A stretch of 38,105 nt of DNA, from contig JASJQH010000050.1 in the NCBI GenBank assembly GCA_040143965.1, forward strand, positions 1 to 38,105. The letters are read 5' to 3'. How positions within the stretch are numbered: the first letter of the stretch is position 1; the number at the start of each line of letters is the position of its first letter. Shown here piece after piece: positions 35,920 to 38,105 of this stretch. The notes beneath the pieces are model-generated. The model did no database searches. It saw only the letters and a list, made by a program, of their open reading frames with translations, and was not told where the DNA came from. The translations under genes and the position numbers were made by a program. This DNA is from Basidiobolus ranarum. Taxonomy: Eukaryota.

Positions 35920-36900
35920 CCCTCATATGACGTAGACAACCAGTCATCACAGACTTGATTCAAAGAAAGGCTAATAACGGGTCTTTTAGAAAGTATCTGG
36001 TATTCGGTGAGAAATATGTACTACGAAGTAGGATAATCACTCTAAGTTGGGTCCATTGAAATATGTACCGGTAAAGGATAGGGTAAGGGGTAGTGAGTAA
36101 TGGGAACAGATATGAGATTTAGTGAATTGATCGCATTGCATTGATGATCAAGCTCTAACTGTTTGAAGATATCTATGTTTAAGTGGCAACAAGTGCTTAC
36201 GCAATGGATTCCTATTATCCTCAGAGTAATTCTTGATTCTCTCGTAATTTGATATAAGCAAAGCCCCTATGGCCATAGCGGAGCATCATATCACCAAGAA
36301 ACAGACCATCCATTCTCTGTACACCCGTATCTACTTAACTATGACTGGAGCGTTTCATGTTCTCCTTACTGCGATTTGTTTTGCTTTCAATTCCAACTGT
36401 GATCGATCATTTATTCTCTTGTACGGTAGAGTTAATACTCACTGGCAGGCTTATTTGCATGGTGGATTTGAATTACGCATATCCGATAGGAATCTACAGC
36501 AAATGCGATCTGAGTTCTCCAATTACCGAGATTGGAGGGATCGCACTGATGCCATTCACCTATATTTTCGAGAATTAAACAATCTCAACATAATTGTTCT
36601 CTTGTACTTGCCATAACAGAAATTGTGTTTCTTGTATAGTATGAACGACATACTAATCCACAAATCTACATAATTTACAAAAACTCCTATGATACTGCCT
36701 TTTATTTGTAACTCGGCAAGTATCTGCGCCATTGGAATCTGGACAAAGACAAGAAGTAGAAGCTAGAACTAAGTACCAGAGGGTTCTTTGGTGTAGAGAT
36801 ATCAATATGGGAAAATGAAGGATTTTTGACTATGGAAATACTCACTGCCACTAAGCATCGAATTAAGTCTGTGCATGTTTCTCAAATGTATTGGATACAC
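35920..36900 (+). mobile_element. Decayed Ty3/gypsy integrase (rve core and C-terminal module)
   Basis: ORF 36269-36616 contains HVLLTAIC, HGGFELRISDRNLQQMRSEF (HG.P..IISDRG.QF.S.F) and TDAIH (T.AYHP). Downstream reads KLELSTRGFFGV...RIKSVHVSQM (KL...GPF.V...VHVS.L). Confidence 0.5.
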
Positions 36901-37099
36901 CTTCCCCCAATAATTGCCAAGTAGAACTCAATATCTAACACAATAAATGGTGTGATCATGTCAACCTACTTCTATATATACCTGGCTTTGCTTGAGATTA
37001 ACTGGGTCATATGAACCTCTAGGTTCACAATTATTAATATATATATTAATAGTTGATATATTACTATACATACTACTAATTTGTTAACTTACCAATCAG

Positions 37100-37560
37100 T
37101 TACTACTCATTTCTGATTAGTTATCCAAGTAGCACACCAACATAAAAAGTTTCATAAAGCTGTTTCTTTGGTAAGTAAAATTACAAACTTTTTATATCTC
37201 TTGCTTGGACACTACAATCTATCCTTATTCAATCATGGCTTTGAAACCAACAATTCACCTATTGTATGACACATTAACAGCTGATTACCTAACCTAATGA
37301 TGCTCCATATCCTGCAGAATTAGTAATCCATTTAGTTGATTCTTATGAACTCCATTTGCTACAGAGTTGATAAATAAAGGTTACTAACCATTTTGATTCA
37401 ATGCGTGTAAACAAAAGTTATTTTCAACTTCTGCAATATATACTAGTTCTCATTCCTAAGCCTTGTTATTTGCATTCATTGAGCACTAAGCCAACTACCC
37501 CTCCACTGTTGCAAGGCAAATTCATTCAGGTGTTATGGCCTTTATCAATTTAGATATGCT
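37100..37560 (-). mobile_element. Possible decayed non-LTR (LINE) reverse transcriptase fragment
   Basis: Faint ordered similarity: NNKA (N.KA.G.D), LFINSVANG (LFN....G), ELLVSK..LNKDRL (KLL...L..RL). May be chance. Confidence 0.2.
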
Positions 37561-38105
37561 CTGCCAATGCCTTGTGCTTAAATAGTTGTAAGACCCTGCA
37601 CTTGACTGTTTCCTAGGTTCAGTAAAGTTCAAGAATTTTATTCTGGATCACTTGAGCAATTACTATTTGACGTTTAGCAAGAGTGTGAATATGAATAATT
37701 AGACCAAATCCAATACAAGCATTAACAAAATTTCTCACTCACAATGCTGTATAGAGATATATATTTAAGCTACATAGTTCAAACCCAATAATTAGCAAAG
37801 ATGTATTTAAAAGTCAAAAATCATTTTAGTTAACTACGGAAATGCTTAATATGCACTTGTTGATGTTTTGACTATGATAATATTACTTGCTTTCAGTATT
37901 TCTTTCAGTTGTTGAGTCACTATGGTACTGTCATGATTCTGATCTCAGCATACTGATCCACTGCATATGGGACTCTTCTATTATTAGATTATGGCATCAT
38001 ATCTACTGTGCCATCCCTTCTTGGCAATCTGCTGTCAGTTCATCCAGATTACCTTATATGGAAGTCATGTTCTTTGGAACATTCCATGAAACCTGACCAA
38101 TCATG

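Noticed and set aside
36269-36616. 115-aa ORF as a host gene
   Set aside because: Better explained as a residual open stretch of a decayed integrase.
37032-37051. AT palindrome tattaatatatatattaata
   Set aside because: Low-complexity AT sequence, expected by chance.
1-38105. CRISPR arrays, rRNA, tRNA or prokaryotic operon systems
   Set aside because: No regularly spaced repeats or recognisable structural RNA genes were seen; the gene structure is spliceosomal and eukaryotic.

Overview
Eukaryotic, intron-rich, AT-rich DNA, most likely from an early-diverging fungus (inferred from short GT-AG introns with CTRAY-type branch points and from the gene families present). By manual splicing I support six genes: a 6-exon OSTalpha/TMEM184-family membrane protein (-), a 5-exon SLC26/SulP sulfate permease with STAS domain (+), a multi-exon unknown coiled-coil protein (+), a ~33-exon PNUTS/PPP1R10-like PP1 regulatory subunit (-), an intronless Pho85-type cyclin (-) and a small secreted protein (+). 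The main find is the PNUTS-like gene. It appears to splice in frame to an N-terminal atypical homeodomain (TALE-length loop, Asn51->Arg) that the ORF track misses. The link is a run of ~19 consecutive phase-1 introns including a possible 6-nt microexon, and the gene also has a GC-AG intron. This architecture recalls plant LUMINIDEPENDENS. The apparently empty intergenic DNA looks like a graveyard of heavily decayed mobile elements: several Ty3/gypsy fragments, a four-copy LTR family (one copy with a 5-bp TSD), a DIRS-like tyrosine-recombinase retrotransposon and a Tc1-like transposase. All gene models and element calls were made by eye without alignment tools, and the decayed-element calls are the least certain.
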